A DNA stretch of 64,000 bases from Macrostomum lignano (Eukaryota), in the NCBI GenBank assembly GCA_002269645.1, contig NIVC01000033.1, positions 919,335 through 983,334 of the forward strand, given 5' to 3'. The number at the start of each line of letters is the position of its first letter. Positions within the stretch are counted from its first letter, which is position 1. A program made the position numbers and the translations under genes. The notes beneath the pieces were generated by a model that was not told where the DNA came from, did no database searches, and worked only from the letters and a program-made list of their open reading frames with translations. This document shows, one piece after another, positions 25,321 to 38,900 of this stretch.

Positions 25321-28300
25321 TCACTTCGTAACTGCATTGGAGGCCGCGGCCTGCATGGACTTGTAGTAGGCCCAGTAGACCGTGTTGAACAGCAGGAACG
25401 CTGCCGGAAAAATTCTCTTGGACAGAAAGTCGACAAACTCGGCGTCGCTCTTCACGCACGGCTGCTGCGATGTGTGGCAGAGTTTCCCCAGGCTCAGCCA
25501 GTGCGAGATTGAGGCTTTGTGACGAAACAGCCAGCCAAGATCCTCCGCTGCGGGCCGTTCGTTGCTCGTCTCATTCTCGGCAATAATTCCAGTAGATTCC
25601 GTGGCGCCCTCGTTGTTGTTGCTTGCGCTGGTGCTGTTGGTTCCATTGCTGCTGCTGCTGGCGACTCGGGGTTTCTGTGACTCAGGCTTGCTGTGGTCGG
25701 TTTCGTTTGCTTGCGAGGCATCAGCGTCGCTGGGTGCGGCGGCTCTACTCGTGGCCAGTTGATTTGCATTCTGAAAAGTAGGTCAGAGACAAGAAATGTC
25801 AGCTATTAGCCCTCACGCACAAACTGGTTGCATAATCCCCATTATGGCCAATAACTAACATTAAAAAGGAGTAGAAAGGAAATAGCAAAGCCGCGGAAGA
25901 CAATTGCTTTAACACCGCTGATGGCCTCTTCCCTAGCTGTCTAGCAGAAAGTGTCCTCCGCTATGATCGTCTGACTTTCAGAGTGAAAAACTCTTTCTTA
26001 TTGTCACTTTTGCTAGCTAGAAAAGCATTCATTGCGTAACGCCAGATAACAATGCTGTCTGAGTGCAAAACAAGAATTTCAAGCCGATGGTTGGAGCCGG
26101 GCTAAGAAAGCGCATATTTAGCGGCATGCGTGTGTGTGTGCATCTGCAGAAAAAAACTCGCTCAGTTCAGACGAGCAGTTTACAAAAAACAAGCAACACG
26201 ATGAGACGTTGGGCCACAAAAGCATCGATTAATGACAGGAAACTGCCTCGAGATGGAGTGTGAAGGAAACAGAAGAATCACAGAGAACAAGACCAAAGCG
26301 CTAATGGAGCAAGAACCGCAATTATTTGTCTCACCTTGAAGGCGTTGGCTACGCTCAGCAATTTCTTAGGCCGCTGCCATCTTTCGGCAGTTCGAAGCAT
26401 TGCAGACTTCCGCTGAACAACGTTCACCACGGCGTACTCAATCAGCGCCAGGAAGACAAACGACAGGCAGCCAGTCAGCCAGATGTCGATGCTTTTGATG
26501 TAGGAGACCCGCGGCATGCCGGATCTGTGGTTTCGTGAGCATGAAAGTTTGTTCGTGTATGAATTGAATATCGGAGCTGGTGATTGATAACTTCTTTGTA
26601 TCAGCTGCGTATCCCCTTATAATTCTCAAGAAGTAGGGATGGTATAGCAAAATCCATCACTGCTTTAACTACAAAGTTGTCCAAAGTCTTTGAGTAAAAA
26701 CTATTTCTGGCTGAAACAAAGAATAACTTTACTTTTGTGGGTAAGCACTTAACTGATGTCAAAAATTCTCTACATAATGCGCTCTTGTGACTACTCGGCT
26801 GCCTTTGAGGTCCCAGACTCTACATGCCCGTAAGCGAGCGCAAAAGTTCTTAATCGACTTGGAATCGCTTTGAAATCTATTTGCATAAATAAAATGCGTG
26901 CTTGTATGAGTATTGCGTAAAAGAACTGCTTTTAAGCTTATTGCCCCTGAGCTATTTTCTGATGCTAGTAAGAATTAATTTGATAATCAATGAAAACAGA
27001 CAGTTTAGTCTTTAGACAGCAAAAACGCCTCGTGATTGGGTTGATAGATAGATCACACCTGGGCAGCTATAAACTGCGCGGTAGACGTATCGAACCGCTT
27101 GGATCGCTGAATTCTATCCTAATGAAGTCACGTCCTCCTCTATCGATTTAGCACTCTTATGCCTACTTGGGAAGCGACGAACTATGAGCAACTGATTTAA
27201 CAAGGCTCAGAGGACAGGTAACTGCGGTACAAACCGGTTAGAACCTGCCAAAAGGCCAAAAGGCTTAGGTAGCATTCAGTGTTGGGCACACCCGCTAAAG
27301 TCCGTAATCGCGTAAGTCTCCTTGAGCTCGCTAACTTTCGACAGGGCTGATAGTGTCGACCGGCCACTGTGTAGTGTAGCTCAATAGCAATAAAAAAGAG
27401 CATTTCAGCATTTCAGCAGTTTTGATGATATTTTTTAATTAAAAATCTTGCTACTTGCTTTAAAAATCATGAAGTTACAGCATGTCTAAAAAAATGCTTC
27501 GCTTCGCTGTATTTCAGCTGCATGGCTTACACGCCAGAATTGAGGACTAGCCGGCAGCTAAACGTAAATGAGATGAGTAATAATCTCATGGAATAAAATT
27601 AGCGGTGCTTCTAAAAATGTTAGCGATGCCCAAATTTGGTAGCATTCAAGAATATCCACTGCTCTACTGGAACAATAAAATAGAATTTTTTAGTTAGTTG
27701 ATTGCACGCTGTAAAAGTGCAACCAGTGGGGTCTAATTAAAACCTGTTTTTCAGTGATAATGCCACTGAAAATGGGACGTGACGGGTTGAGGCTCTGGAG
27801 CTCAATAATTAGTCAGTATCTCTGCACCTTGGGGGCGGGAATTACCTTTTTCGTCGCCAGGATCAATACAGATAGCAAATGCCAACAAAACCACAGAGCA
27901 GAGTGACGGATGTTAATGCTATATGTAGGAGCAAAGCCGATGGGAACAAATCTCTTTGACATAGTCAACTGCGCTTGTATCAGGACAGAAAGTAAAGGAA
28001 ATCCGGCCTTCATGTTTCTATCCCAATATAGTACCAGCTCAGCAGTACAACAATCAATTCATCCTCGTAAGAAAGAAGAAACTCACACGTGAACACAGAA
28101 AGCAAAAAGCCAATCGTCAGAGAAGCAATTGGCAAAGTGCTATTGATTGCTTCTTTACTTTGCGTCTCCCGAATTCAAATACGCTCATATATTGGTCAAC
28201 AATAGAGCACACATTTTTGTTCCTGAAAAGCTTAAGTTAGCGAGACATTTAGTGAATCTAATGCTACGATTAAGAGTTGCACTCACGTGGCACTTGAGCT

Positions 28301-30238
28301 CTGCGTAGTGACGGTGAGAACGGTGAGCAGGCTGAGTGTTATCCTCGCCGGGGTAGCGTGGTGGTCAATCCAGAAGGACACCCAAGACAGCACAACTACC
28401 AGGATGCTGGGGATGTACACCTGGATGAGGTAATAGTTGAACTTGCGCCTCATGTGTAGATTCACACTGAGGCAGGTGAACCAGCCTGGTCAGAGAGGTA
28501 AAGAATTATTTCGGTATGTATAATTTTATTTACCAAGCTAGATTTTTCTAATGAATTAATTGCAAATATAACAAATTCCGATGTTTCGGCTCTTGAGCTG
28601 CTACAGATTAGTGGTTCAACTTAGGAAAAGACAACCCACTAACAAAAAGAGTCACTCAACTGCACATCAGCTCCGATAGGGTAGCATATCACCTGCGCTT
28701 TCGTCACCTATAGCATGAATTTTCAGTTAGTTGCAGGGGAACTTCCTCCGGCTTTCAACTCACCTGTCACTTCATATCCGGATGTGCAGTTTTGCAACGT
28801 GAACTTCACCACATCGTACTCAGGCAGTGATTTGGCCACTTCGCTGAGCACTACCGCGGCCTCAGCGTCCCAGCGCAGTATGATGTCCGAAGTGGTGTAT
28901 CCGACTGGAGATAATTTGACAACAAGTCGCAATAGAGCCTTCGTGAATCAATAAACTAAATAGAATTATAACTTGCTTGGTTACTCACAGCTGCCAAAGA
29001 TGATGCTGCAGATTTGGCTGTCCATGGGATAAAGCTCTAGCTCAAACTCGCAGGACAGTGTCAGAGTGTATCTGTTTGTGAAAAAGAGAGTAAAAACGTT
29101 AATTCTTACACGACTCTACCTGCTACAACATTCTCACTGGGGCTGTGTTAACGGCTACAAACAGAAATAAAATAACCTGCGGATTTCTCACTTGGTACTG
29201 AGGATGACGCGTCCCTCAGGCGAGACCTGCAGCAGGATGTTGGGCACTGTGATTTTGTGAGAGATACCGGCCTTCTCGTTCAGAAAGTAGATGTCGGGCT
29301 GCCACACCTTATCCACCATGAAGCCGATGCTGAGCATATTTGTTATTGAGCTGTTATAGGTAAGCCGGTCGTCGTACCAGATTCTCCGAAAGTACATCGA
29401 CGTGGAAAAGTCCTGCGTTTTGCGCGGGAATACCTCAGAGTCAGAATTATATTTGTCCCGTGTGTTCGAGTCTTAAGTAAATTGAATTTTATATATATCA
29501 AAGTCTCCGAAGGTACGATCATTTTGAATCAATTTTAATTGCGTCATTATATATTCTTTTGCGAGCAAATAGATGTGACAATCATCGTAGCTTTAAATGA
29601 AAGCGTAGGCCTATCTCGATTCTGTTATAGAATCTACTCACAGGTGTCATATCTATCTAATGTTCCTATATGAATTTCTCTTATTAAGTCGACGCAAATT
29701 TTTAAGCATTTTTCGCTGGGTGAGGAGGGATTGGGAAAAGCGGAGGGCGAAGATGGATGGATTGAAGCGTCCGCCTGGTTTTCACTGTTTTTTAAAGCAT
29801 TTTTTAATATCAAAATGGTTGGCCAGGTGATAGACGCTGGTCGAAAGACACTGGGGCAAAGGGTGGCGACTTACAGTGTTTCTGAGTATATATCCATTCA
29901 CACAACCTACAAGTGGAGTTATATTCTTCTTAGGCTATTTGTGCAAGGATATGCAAGCTTACCATACTGGCCTCATTTGTAGCCGTGACTTCAACAATGT
30001 GAATGCTGATGTTCACGGTCACGGGCACGCGCTTCTCCAAGTCCGGCCTCACCCGGCTGGTGTAGGGCGGGGCCAGCAGACTGGACGCCAGAGTTGTCAG
30101 CGCATACGACTGCGCGCCACTTGCGGTGGAGTTCAAAGCGGGACTGTCAGGGGGTGCCGCGGTGCTGGCAGTGGACTCGGGCAGCAGATACATCAGCAGC
30201 AGGAGCAGCAGAAATCCCAGCGCCTGTCTGCGCTGCAT
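25321..30238 (-). CDS. Cys-loop ligand-gated anion channel subunit, GlyR/GluCl-like, paralog 1 (519 aa)
   Basis: Exons 30238-29963, 29412-29192, 29071-28989, 28904-28764, 28485-28287, 26524-26335, 25770-25321 (1560 nt, all GT-AG, phases consistent). Signal peptide, loop [12 protein letters not shown], Cys-loop [15 protein letters not shown], loop [15 protein letters not shown]2 with anion-selective PAR, M3 [20 protein letters not shown]4 [23 protein letters not shown]. Confidence 0.95.
29715..29799 (-). repeat. Dispersed repeat, copy 2 (in intron 1 of channel paralog 1)
   Basis: Reverse complement of 2648-2735. Confidence 0.85.
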
Positions 30239-31816
30239 GGTTGCAAAATTTTAGTGGAAGCGATTTCTTGTGAAACCTTAGGAGTCCGCTAATGAGCTAT
30301 CAGCCGGGCTGATACGCTGCTGCAAATCTTGACTGGCAGCCTTTCTCTACCTGACACAGGACCCTGTTGTTCTAAATACGCCTGCTCAACCCGGCTCTCC
30401 CTCCGTGCCACTAAAGCGAAGAGGCGCCCGTCGCGCCAGGACGAATCAGCGAGCGAGAGGCTCTCGTGCGCACACAAGCAGTTAATATTGTACGCCCAAT
30501 AATTAACAACTTTTTTATATGCCGCTGGGTCTCTTGCTCTAAAAGAAGCTGATATGCACTTGAGACCCTGCGGGTGAGGGAGACGAGATGGGTAAAAGGC
30601 AAGAGACACTACCTAGCAAGTAATTGCATGTTTCAAATGATGTGGCATGAGAGCGGGGTAAGAAAAGCGAGGCAGAAATCTACATTCAACAATACCTATT
30701 TTTGAGCATTGAATTTACATTGCTCAAAATTCTAGAGTACTCAGGTTATTTCGACCGCCCACAGTCACCACTAGCATGCGAGAGGTTCTAGTTAAAGTTC
30801 ATTCATAGTTAATGAATTTGTCAAGCAGACCGGAACCACGTGTGCTAGTCAGGTCTAGAAACAGGTAGGCTGTGGGTGGTGCCAGGTGAAGGATGGTTGA
30901 TCCAGTGCAAAACCAGTGCTTCTGGGTTAAAATTAAAACAAAAATTCTGCGATTTGAAGGTTGCATCATTAAGGTCGCAAAGTCACATGCTACTAATTTG
31001 CATCCCTAGTTTGTTGCAAATAAGACACTATCCTAGCCTTTCATCTACCTCACAGGCTGACGAATGCACAGCTGACTTATTCATTGGCTTGTTTGCTTTA
31101 GTTGAGGCGGTAGAATTCCAGTGGAAGTTGCTTCGGTCTAATTGTTTTTTCATATTGGTTTTGTTCAATTAGTAGTTTCGGCCGTCACGACCTAAGTTTA
31201 CTACTCATCGATGATTCTCGTTGCTGGTGGCATGTTCCTGAAATGCTGCGATCGGGAAACACGGCAGCTGTGACAGGTGAGCCAAATCCACCTTGACTTT
31301 ACATCCCATAAGCAGTTACTTTTGGGTGTCGATTTTGGGTGAAATTTTTACAAATACACTCGCAATTAGTGGCTTCTAATGGATATACAAACAAAATGTT
31401 TGGAACTTGCATTGATCTTTGCTGAGAATGTGTACATTTACTTACATAATAAATAGGCAGAAAATGTAAATAAATTATCTGTATCATCAGACTGTGAAGC
31501 ATGAAATAGTTTAACAGTAAAAATAAATATATCGATTTATTTAAACATATTCGCATTAAAGAAAAATTCTCGACATTCATTTAAACAGAATCATACTTAG
31601 TAGACTATAGGCTACTGGTGATTGTGTTCAGTGCAAATACAGAACCTATAGATTATTAATCACCTGACGCTCATCTTAAGCGTAATTGACAGTGAGCAGA
31701 CTAAATAGGCGAGTGAGGCTAAATATTTTCAGATGCTTAGTTAGTGAAGAGCTTAGTCTGGTGAAGCGTGCTTTGCCTTACGGTAGCTACATATAGAAAG
31801 GAACACTATTAAAAAC

Positions 31817-32120
31817 ATTAATAATAACTAATAATAACTATACGCGCCTTAATTGACAGATGTACAACAAACAGCTCAACTGCAGCTATTGCGCGGCGCA
31901 TCTGAAGGCTGCGTACGGCTGTTCAGGACTGGGGGGGGGGGGTCGCTACACACAGCCTCAATTTCCCCAGCTAATGCTGGCACCCATTTTACAGCTGGGT
32001 GAACTGAAGCAACGCAGAGTTTAGTGTGTTGCTCAAGGACACAAATTGTTTCGAGTGGTGTCGAGAATCGAACCCCCGACCTTTCAGTCGTGAGTCCGAC
32101 GCTCTAACCTCTAGGCTACA
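31817..32120 (-). mobile_element. tRNA-derived SINE, full-length copy
   Basis: Minus strand: A box TAGCCTAGAGG, B box GGTTCGATTC, central gtgtccttgagcaa...cttcagttcacccagctgtaaaatgggtgcc, (TTA)n-type tail. Two further copies are in the window. Confidence 0.85.
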
Positions 32121-32968
32121 GCCCCATAGGCTACAACCCCCAAGGAACACTACACTTTCATTTTATATTCAAACTTGTCGGTAGTAAAGAAATGAGGCGC
32201 GGGTCAGCTCAGATAGATGGCTTCTAGCGCGTTTTTCCTGGAGCGGTAAAACGCAGATTTATGTTGCGGCAGTATCTTCACTGCGGTCAAGTACGAGCGT
32301 ACTTCACTCACAGGGCCTGACCCTACTTAAACTACTACGAAAATTTGTACGTTATACTTATAGTCGTTAAGAACGACTGGTAGTTAGAGGACGGAACGCA
32401 TCTGTAATGAAAATATATTCATTCAAGATATTTAAAAGACTAAAATTTCGCTTAAGAATGCCTTAGCGAGGTCGTACGTTTCGGTACTAAGTACCAAATT
32501 GCAATATCTTACTCACTTCGTGTGATTCTCGCTAGAAGATGCGTTATCGAACAAGGAATTAATTCTGTAGTCCTGTAAAGCTGTCATGTACATGATACAA
32601 ACAGCTAAACTTTGTTGGAGTTGATCTGCACAAGTACAAGTGCAATCAGTGCAAACTTACATGTGGCTACAGTTATTTTTTCTAAAATATCTCAACAAAG
32701 TTTCAACCACGGACAAAACAAGAAGACACAGACGCTTTCTTTTTGAATTCGGAATTACAGCATTACAGTAATAGAGAATTACTTCTTACTTCGATAATAC
32801 GAACATCTCGTACACCTTCCTGTGAGAATCTGCTTCTAGCGAGAACCACACGATTTGCGAGTTTCCTAATGCAACCTGCTTCAGTTGTCCTTGCAGTGGT
32901 TCTTGGGAAATTCATAAAGCTATTAGAGCTCAAGAATGCACGACTATTTTTTGTCCCTGTTCATGTTT

Positions 32969-35900
32969 CTATGCCGAATTGATGGCTTCGGCCTGCATGG
33001 ACTTGTAGTAGGCCCAGTAGACCGTGTTGAACAGCAGGAACGCTGCCGGGAAAATTCGCTTGGCCAGAAAGTCGACAAACTCGGCGTCGGTTCTTCCAGA
33101 CGGCGGCGGCGACTTGCTGCAGAGGCAGCCGAGGCTCAGCCAGTGCGCGATGGCGTCCTTGTGCCGGAACAGCCACCCGAGATCTTCCGGTGTTGGCCTA
33201 CTGTCGCTGGCCTCATCCTCGCGGTCCGCAGTTGTCGTCGTTGGGATTCCCTCGACGCCGATTTCGTTTTCAGTGCCATTTTTGCTGTCGCTCTGGTTGT
33301 TGTTTTCCACTTGAGCTTCGCTAGCTTTTTGGAACTCGGTCTCCACCGTAGTATCGCCCCCATGCTGAGCCCCTGCGGCGGCCCTGAGCACAGCAAGTTG
33401 AGTTGCGTTCTGGAAGTAGCAATGAGACTTCAAGTTTTTATGCATTCAGGTCGAAGCAAACGCAATACATATGTGGAAACTCAATAACTTGCAAACATTT
33501 TCACGCCAGCTGAGAAATGATAGCTATGAAATAGCTTAGGCCAAGTTAGTTTTTTATTATAGCAGAGTATTTTTCTCGTCTCGCTTGAACTTACTACTCT
33601 ACATGCGCTGTGACGCATGTAGGCAGGTTCAGCGCACTCGTCGTGGTGGCGGCGTTCAGATAGTCACCAAACCGACTAGCGTGCTCTCGTACTCTAACAG
33701 CATGGGTGGCGTCGACCACATGGATTCCGCTCTACACCCGCACTCGGCCAATCGAAAAAGCATCCGGTGGTTCCACAAACTCGGGTTTTACCTGATCCTG
33801 CTGCTCGTTCGCAACGATTAGATTGTCTATCAACAGGCAGGTGGCAGCAAGACTTTTATACAGTTCTTTTTATACTATAGCATTTTTCAAGCCAATTAAG
33901 CCTAGGAGCAAGCAATTTAATCCTTAGTGGGAAAATCAAGCTATTGAAGACTTGTTTTTCATCGTCTATGGCCCGAAAGGGGGGTCTATGGAGCAACCAA
34001 TTTGAGAATTTTGGCACGCCTTAGACCATAGAAAATAACAGATTTCATCAGACAAACATGGATATGGCAGACGAAGAATTTAGCGAGCAGAGCAGTGACA
34101 AAAGTTTTGCTACAGCCCAAGATGCAGTGGATGAGCAGAATCCTGCAGTGCGAGAACGCTATCGCAAGATAAGCAACGAAAAGTACGACCTGATTGTCGC
34201 TGCCATCGAGAGAGATGATAGTGCGGAGCCGATGGATTGATCGAGTTTTATTTCAATCTGCATGTCCAACACTGTTTTGAGAGACACGATTTTTCTCGGC
34301 TTATACGAGCGCACTGAATGCCATGGTTTTGCCTTTTGCCTGTTTTGATTGGTTTCTCTGAAATCAAAGTGAAGAGTTAATGTCAATCGTTTTTGATATG
34401 CCATCTATTTGCAGACGTTATTTCAGTGAAGTTATTCGTGAAGGATTTACGAGCACTGTGGAAAGAATTAATTGCGTGCCCAGATTCTCAAATTGGTTGC
34501 TCCATAGACCCCCTTTTTGGGCCATAGACGATGAAAAACAAGTCTTCAATAGCTTGATTCTCCCACTAATGATTAAATTGCTTGCTCCTGGGCTCAATTG
34601 GCTTGAAAAATGCCATATTATTTGTTTTTAATATACGCAGGTGTACACTTGGTCCTGGTCCTATAATTCTTGATCTGTGATGATTGCCATAGACAGTGCC
34701 ACCTAACCTATAGGAAAATAAGCAGCTTTCCAACGAAAACGGACGTGACACGTTTTTGAGCCATGTCAGTCGGCAACGGGGGTATTAAATTTTGCAATCT
34801 ACGATTGCCCTAGACACTAGGATTAGGCTCCGTCAATAACTATGATTACTTTATGGCACGCAATCGTGTCATCCGTCTTCTGCCGGTTTTAAACTTTTCT
34901 GAACTTTAAAGTACAAAAACCTGGTGAACCTGTAAAACTTGCTTGACGAAACTTGGTGGCAAGAGTGAAAGATCTGCAGAAATAGAAAATTCTAAGAAAG
35001 ATATTTGTGCTTGCTCAGTCACTGTCGAGAGTTCACTTCGGTAGAAGGTAAATCACGGGATATTTCTTTGAATAAACAAATGTACAGCAACTCTGGCTAT
35101 AGGCAGTAAAACCTCTCCAAGCTTCACATGCGAGACTGTAAGAGCGTAGAGCAATATTCTTTATTTGGTCAAAGCCAGAGTATCTATCTGGCTTGCTCTC
35201 TTTTCATCTCGTGCATTCGCCGCGGGCTACTAGACAAAATATGCTTGCTTTCTGCAACGCTATCTGCATATAGCCTTGCATCGGTGGCGCTGTCGATCTG
35301 CTGTGTCAACTGTAGCAGCTGTGCGGAGTGACGAGCTGCTCTGCCCCCGTCACCCGCTCCGTGCACTCTGCGCACTCACGCAGATCCGGCAAAGTTTGAT
35401 TAACAAAGCCCAGAGTTTTGATTTCTCATTTAGTTGAAATTTTTTTGTTTGAAATTTTACCCGCCTTCAAATAGTTTTGAAAATTGATTGCACTGTTTTT
35501 TCGCCAATTTCGCGTCTAAAGCCTCAATAATATTGATCCGGACATGGCTGACAAATTGGAAATGCTGGGCAGGTGCGATGCATGTACAACACGGGACCTT
35601 GGCAATGTCGCAGAGAATTCCGAAGTGCTCGGTTTAGTCTGAAAGCCTGACCAACTTAACAACTGACTCTGCTTAAATTTCGAAGGTTTTAATTGTTTCT
35701 AAAACTGACACCGGAAAAATCTGATCAAAGGACAGACTCGCGTATTGAATTGCATCGTGAAGGCTTCAATTTCAGTTTGTTATGAAGGATCTCAGTCATC
35801 TAGTGTTAGGTGTAACAAAACCCCTCTTCAATGCTTTTTAGTGCACAGCCACATGCCGACTCAGTCAGACAGCCAGTGTCCTTACAGAATAGACTGAGAT

Positions 35901-38900
35901 TAATTGGGTTGGGACATCCCTCAAAGTTTTTTCAAAGCCGCTAAAAGCTCCGGTCAGTGCGCCCGACCGCGCGCTTGTGCGATCGCTCAGGCGGATTGGA
36001 GAAATTAACGCGACCTCGCCGGGTTGCGGGCTGCTTGTGGGCTCTGAGACGATGGCGGATGCATCTGATCTGAGTATGCAGGCCGGTGCAATGCTGTATG
36101 CATGGTCGCATTGTAAAGCCGCCACAACTTTCTGTTGCAGTAATTAAACAATAAATCTATTTTTATAACTGAGTTTGTACTCTTACTGTCTCCCATGCGG
36201 ATGCGTCTTGCCGAACTGGCAGAATACAATCATTGGGAGCAGTCTCACCTCTTGACTTACTTTCCTAGACTCAAAAAGGATGTTTAGTCTCTCAGGAATC
36301 GAATAGCTGATCATGGAAAGCTATTTTTTATTAGAGACAGGGGGGTTGTGTGCACCCTGGCGCACTTTAAGCGACATTGTCAGACAACCGGCGAGAGGCA
36401 TTGCTGCCCATTCCTCCGACTCCCCTGAGTAGGCACACAAGCGAGGATACGTACGAGTACGCAGTGATACGCACAGGCATACACTCACACAGGAGTTTAC
36501 AGCGGCCCTAACTTCATTTATCGTGAATCATGTATGCTTCACTGTGCCTTTGGGGTGGGCCCTCAAGGGTGTTAATTGCACGAACAGACCCAAGCCAGAT
36601 TCTCTGGCTTTCAGATTCTATATCTCTATACGAGTGTGAGAGTGTAAAAGAGAAGTTCCAGAGAAAAGACGCAAAAAGCTGCTAAGCAACAGGATTGCTG
36701 CTTGATTTGGTGCAAACCCAAAGCAGTGCGCTGAGACAAACTTGAATGCAACACAAGCTTGCTATTCTGTGGCAAATGCAGGTGTGTGACTTGAGCTCTG
36801 CGATCAGATCTCGCAGCTGCATACCTCGCCGCCCGGGTGGATCTGGGCTTGGCTCATCTGTAAATTTTGTTGTCAGTGAATGCAGGATGATGCAGCCAGG
36901 TAGCTGTCGCATTTCAGCTCCTTTTAAAACATATTTTGAAAGCCAGAGGAAGTTGCTATCGTGGGAAAAATTTATAGCGTGTATAAGGCATGAATTCGGT
37001 TCTAGGAAAAATCGTCAGATGATTGACGTGGGGTCTCAAATGCCTTTTATAGCTGCATTATCCACACAAGGCGAAAAAAGAGGGAGAAAATGAATGCGAA
37101 AAAGGAAGCATTTAGCGTTTTTTCGGAGGCTGAGTGGTTGGGAACAGCAGGGCGCATACAGAGAGAGAGAGAGAGTTGCAGCAAACAGTGCGCACAGGTG
37201 CTGCCCTCACCTGCATCGTGTTGGCCATGCTGAGCAGTTTCTTAGGCCGCTGCCACTTCTCAGCAGTTCGCAGCATCCCTGACTTTCGCTGGACCACGTT
37301 CACCGCGGCGTACTCGATCAGCGCCATGAAGACGAACGTCAGGCAGCCAGTCAGCCAGACGTCGATGCTCTTGATGTAGGAGACCCGCGGCATGCCGGAC
37401 CTGCGGATTTTCGGGTAAACTCAAAACGGTACAACTTGAGCTCTGGTGGGTCTTTTCCCAAAAAAGACAGTCCACAACAATACAAATAGCTAATATAATA
37501 CAAATTAGTATAAAATATGCGGCTTATAATTATGCAATAAGAGTGCATAGCACGATGCATCAGTTTTTAATCCTTTTCAATCTCCTTCATATTAAGCCAC
37601 AAACGAAAATTTAGCCAATAGTCAACAAAATTTAATCTTGAAAGTGCTGCACTAAAGATTGTTGGGTGCACTTTGCGAAATCCATTCTCCATTAGATCCA
37701 CATTTTAGCTTGCAGTTATTCCACCTTAGCGTCCTTTGAGATGACCGCATCTCTGTGTCTGCCTCAGGACACTCCTCCAGAAATCTTTTAGGCATTTCTC
37801 CTTTAGCTTTGCCAGAAATACCATATTGATCGCTTCTGAGGATTTCTTAACAGCCTCAACCCACTGCCTACCTGCTGAATGGGTATGAATTTGAGCCATG
37901 CTAATGATTTTTCTAACCCGCTTACAACCGCATCTGTTTGAGAAGTTTTTTTGGTTGATTTCGTTCCAATTGATGAATAACCTGTTATAATTGCTACCAG
38001 AAGCGTAAGCAGAGACGCGACAAGATATCTGCTATTCAAGGAAATGCACATGGAAGTACCGCATGAATGTAAAAAAATTCATGCAAATGCGTCATCCCTG
38101 TGTCTCACAGAGCCAGCTTTATCGATTCTGATGCCGAGATGAGTGAGGCAGAAAAGAACTCATAATGCAAGGAAAAATACAGAGAATAAGTTACCGCTCG
38201 GAAGCTTTAGGGTGAAAAGTTAGACAAAAGCAGGACTAATGCAGCGAGAAGCAGAGCAGGTATTCAGCTTTGTTCAAGTAATAGAATGATACCAGAGCTA
38301 TGAAACCCATTTCCACCCGTCTGACTGATTCCATTCTTTGATAGGCTTTGTTAGATGAGCCCTAAAGACAGCTGCAGCTACGAGATGTCTCGTAGTAGAG
38401 CGAATACGCTCGTAAAAAACTATATACCAGTATTTTGTAGCTAAGCAACTAGGGGTACTCGTATATCAAAATGTGGAAACAAACTTGCTTTATATGGTGT
38501 GGTACCGGATAGAATGAAGTGCATATTCGACAATAATTGGCAGTAAAATTAGCTCCGATAAACGAAGTGCTAAAAGTTAAAAATAAATACCAAAGAATCC
38601 AAGAATTCGCGAGAACCAAATGTGGAAAAGTTTATGCTTGAATCAATTATCACTTACGTGACACTTGAGCTCTGTGTAGTGATGGTGAGTACAGTGAGCA
38701 GGCTTAGGGTAATCCTGGCTGGTGTTGCGTGATGGTCGATCCAAAAGGACACCCAAGACAGCACGACCACGAGAGTGCTGGGAATGTACACCTGGATGAG
38801 GTAGTAGTTGAACTTGCGCCTCATGTGCAGACTCACCCGCAGACAGGTGTACTGGCCTGTGAAGAGGGATTTGATAATAAGCGAGAGTAGCTGTACCAAG

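Noticed and set aside
35184-35375. Possible alternative exon for the M3-M4 loop of channel paralog 2
   Set aside because: The nearby acceptor gives a stop in the required phase-0 frame and no matching donor was found.
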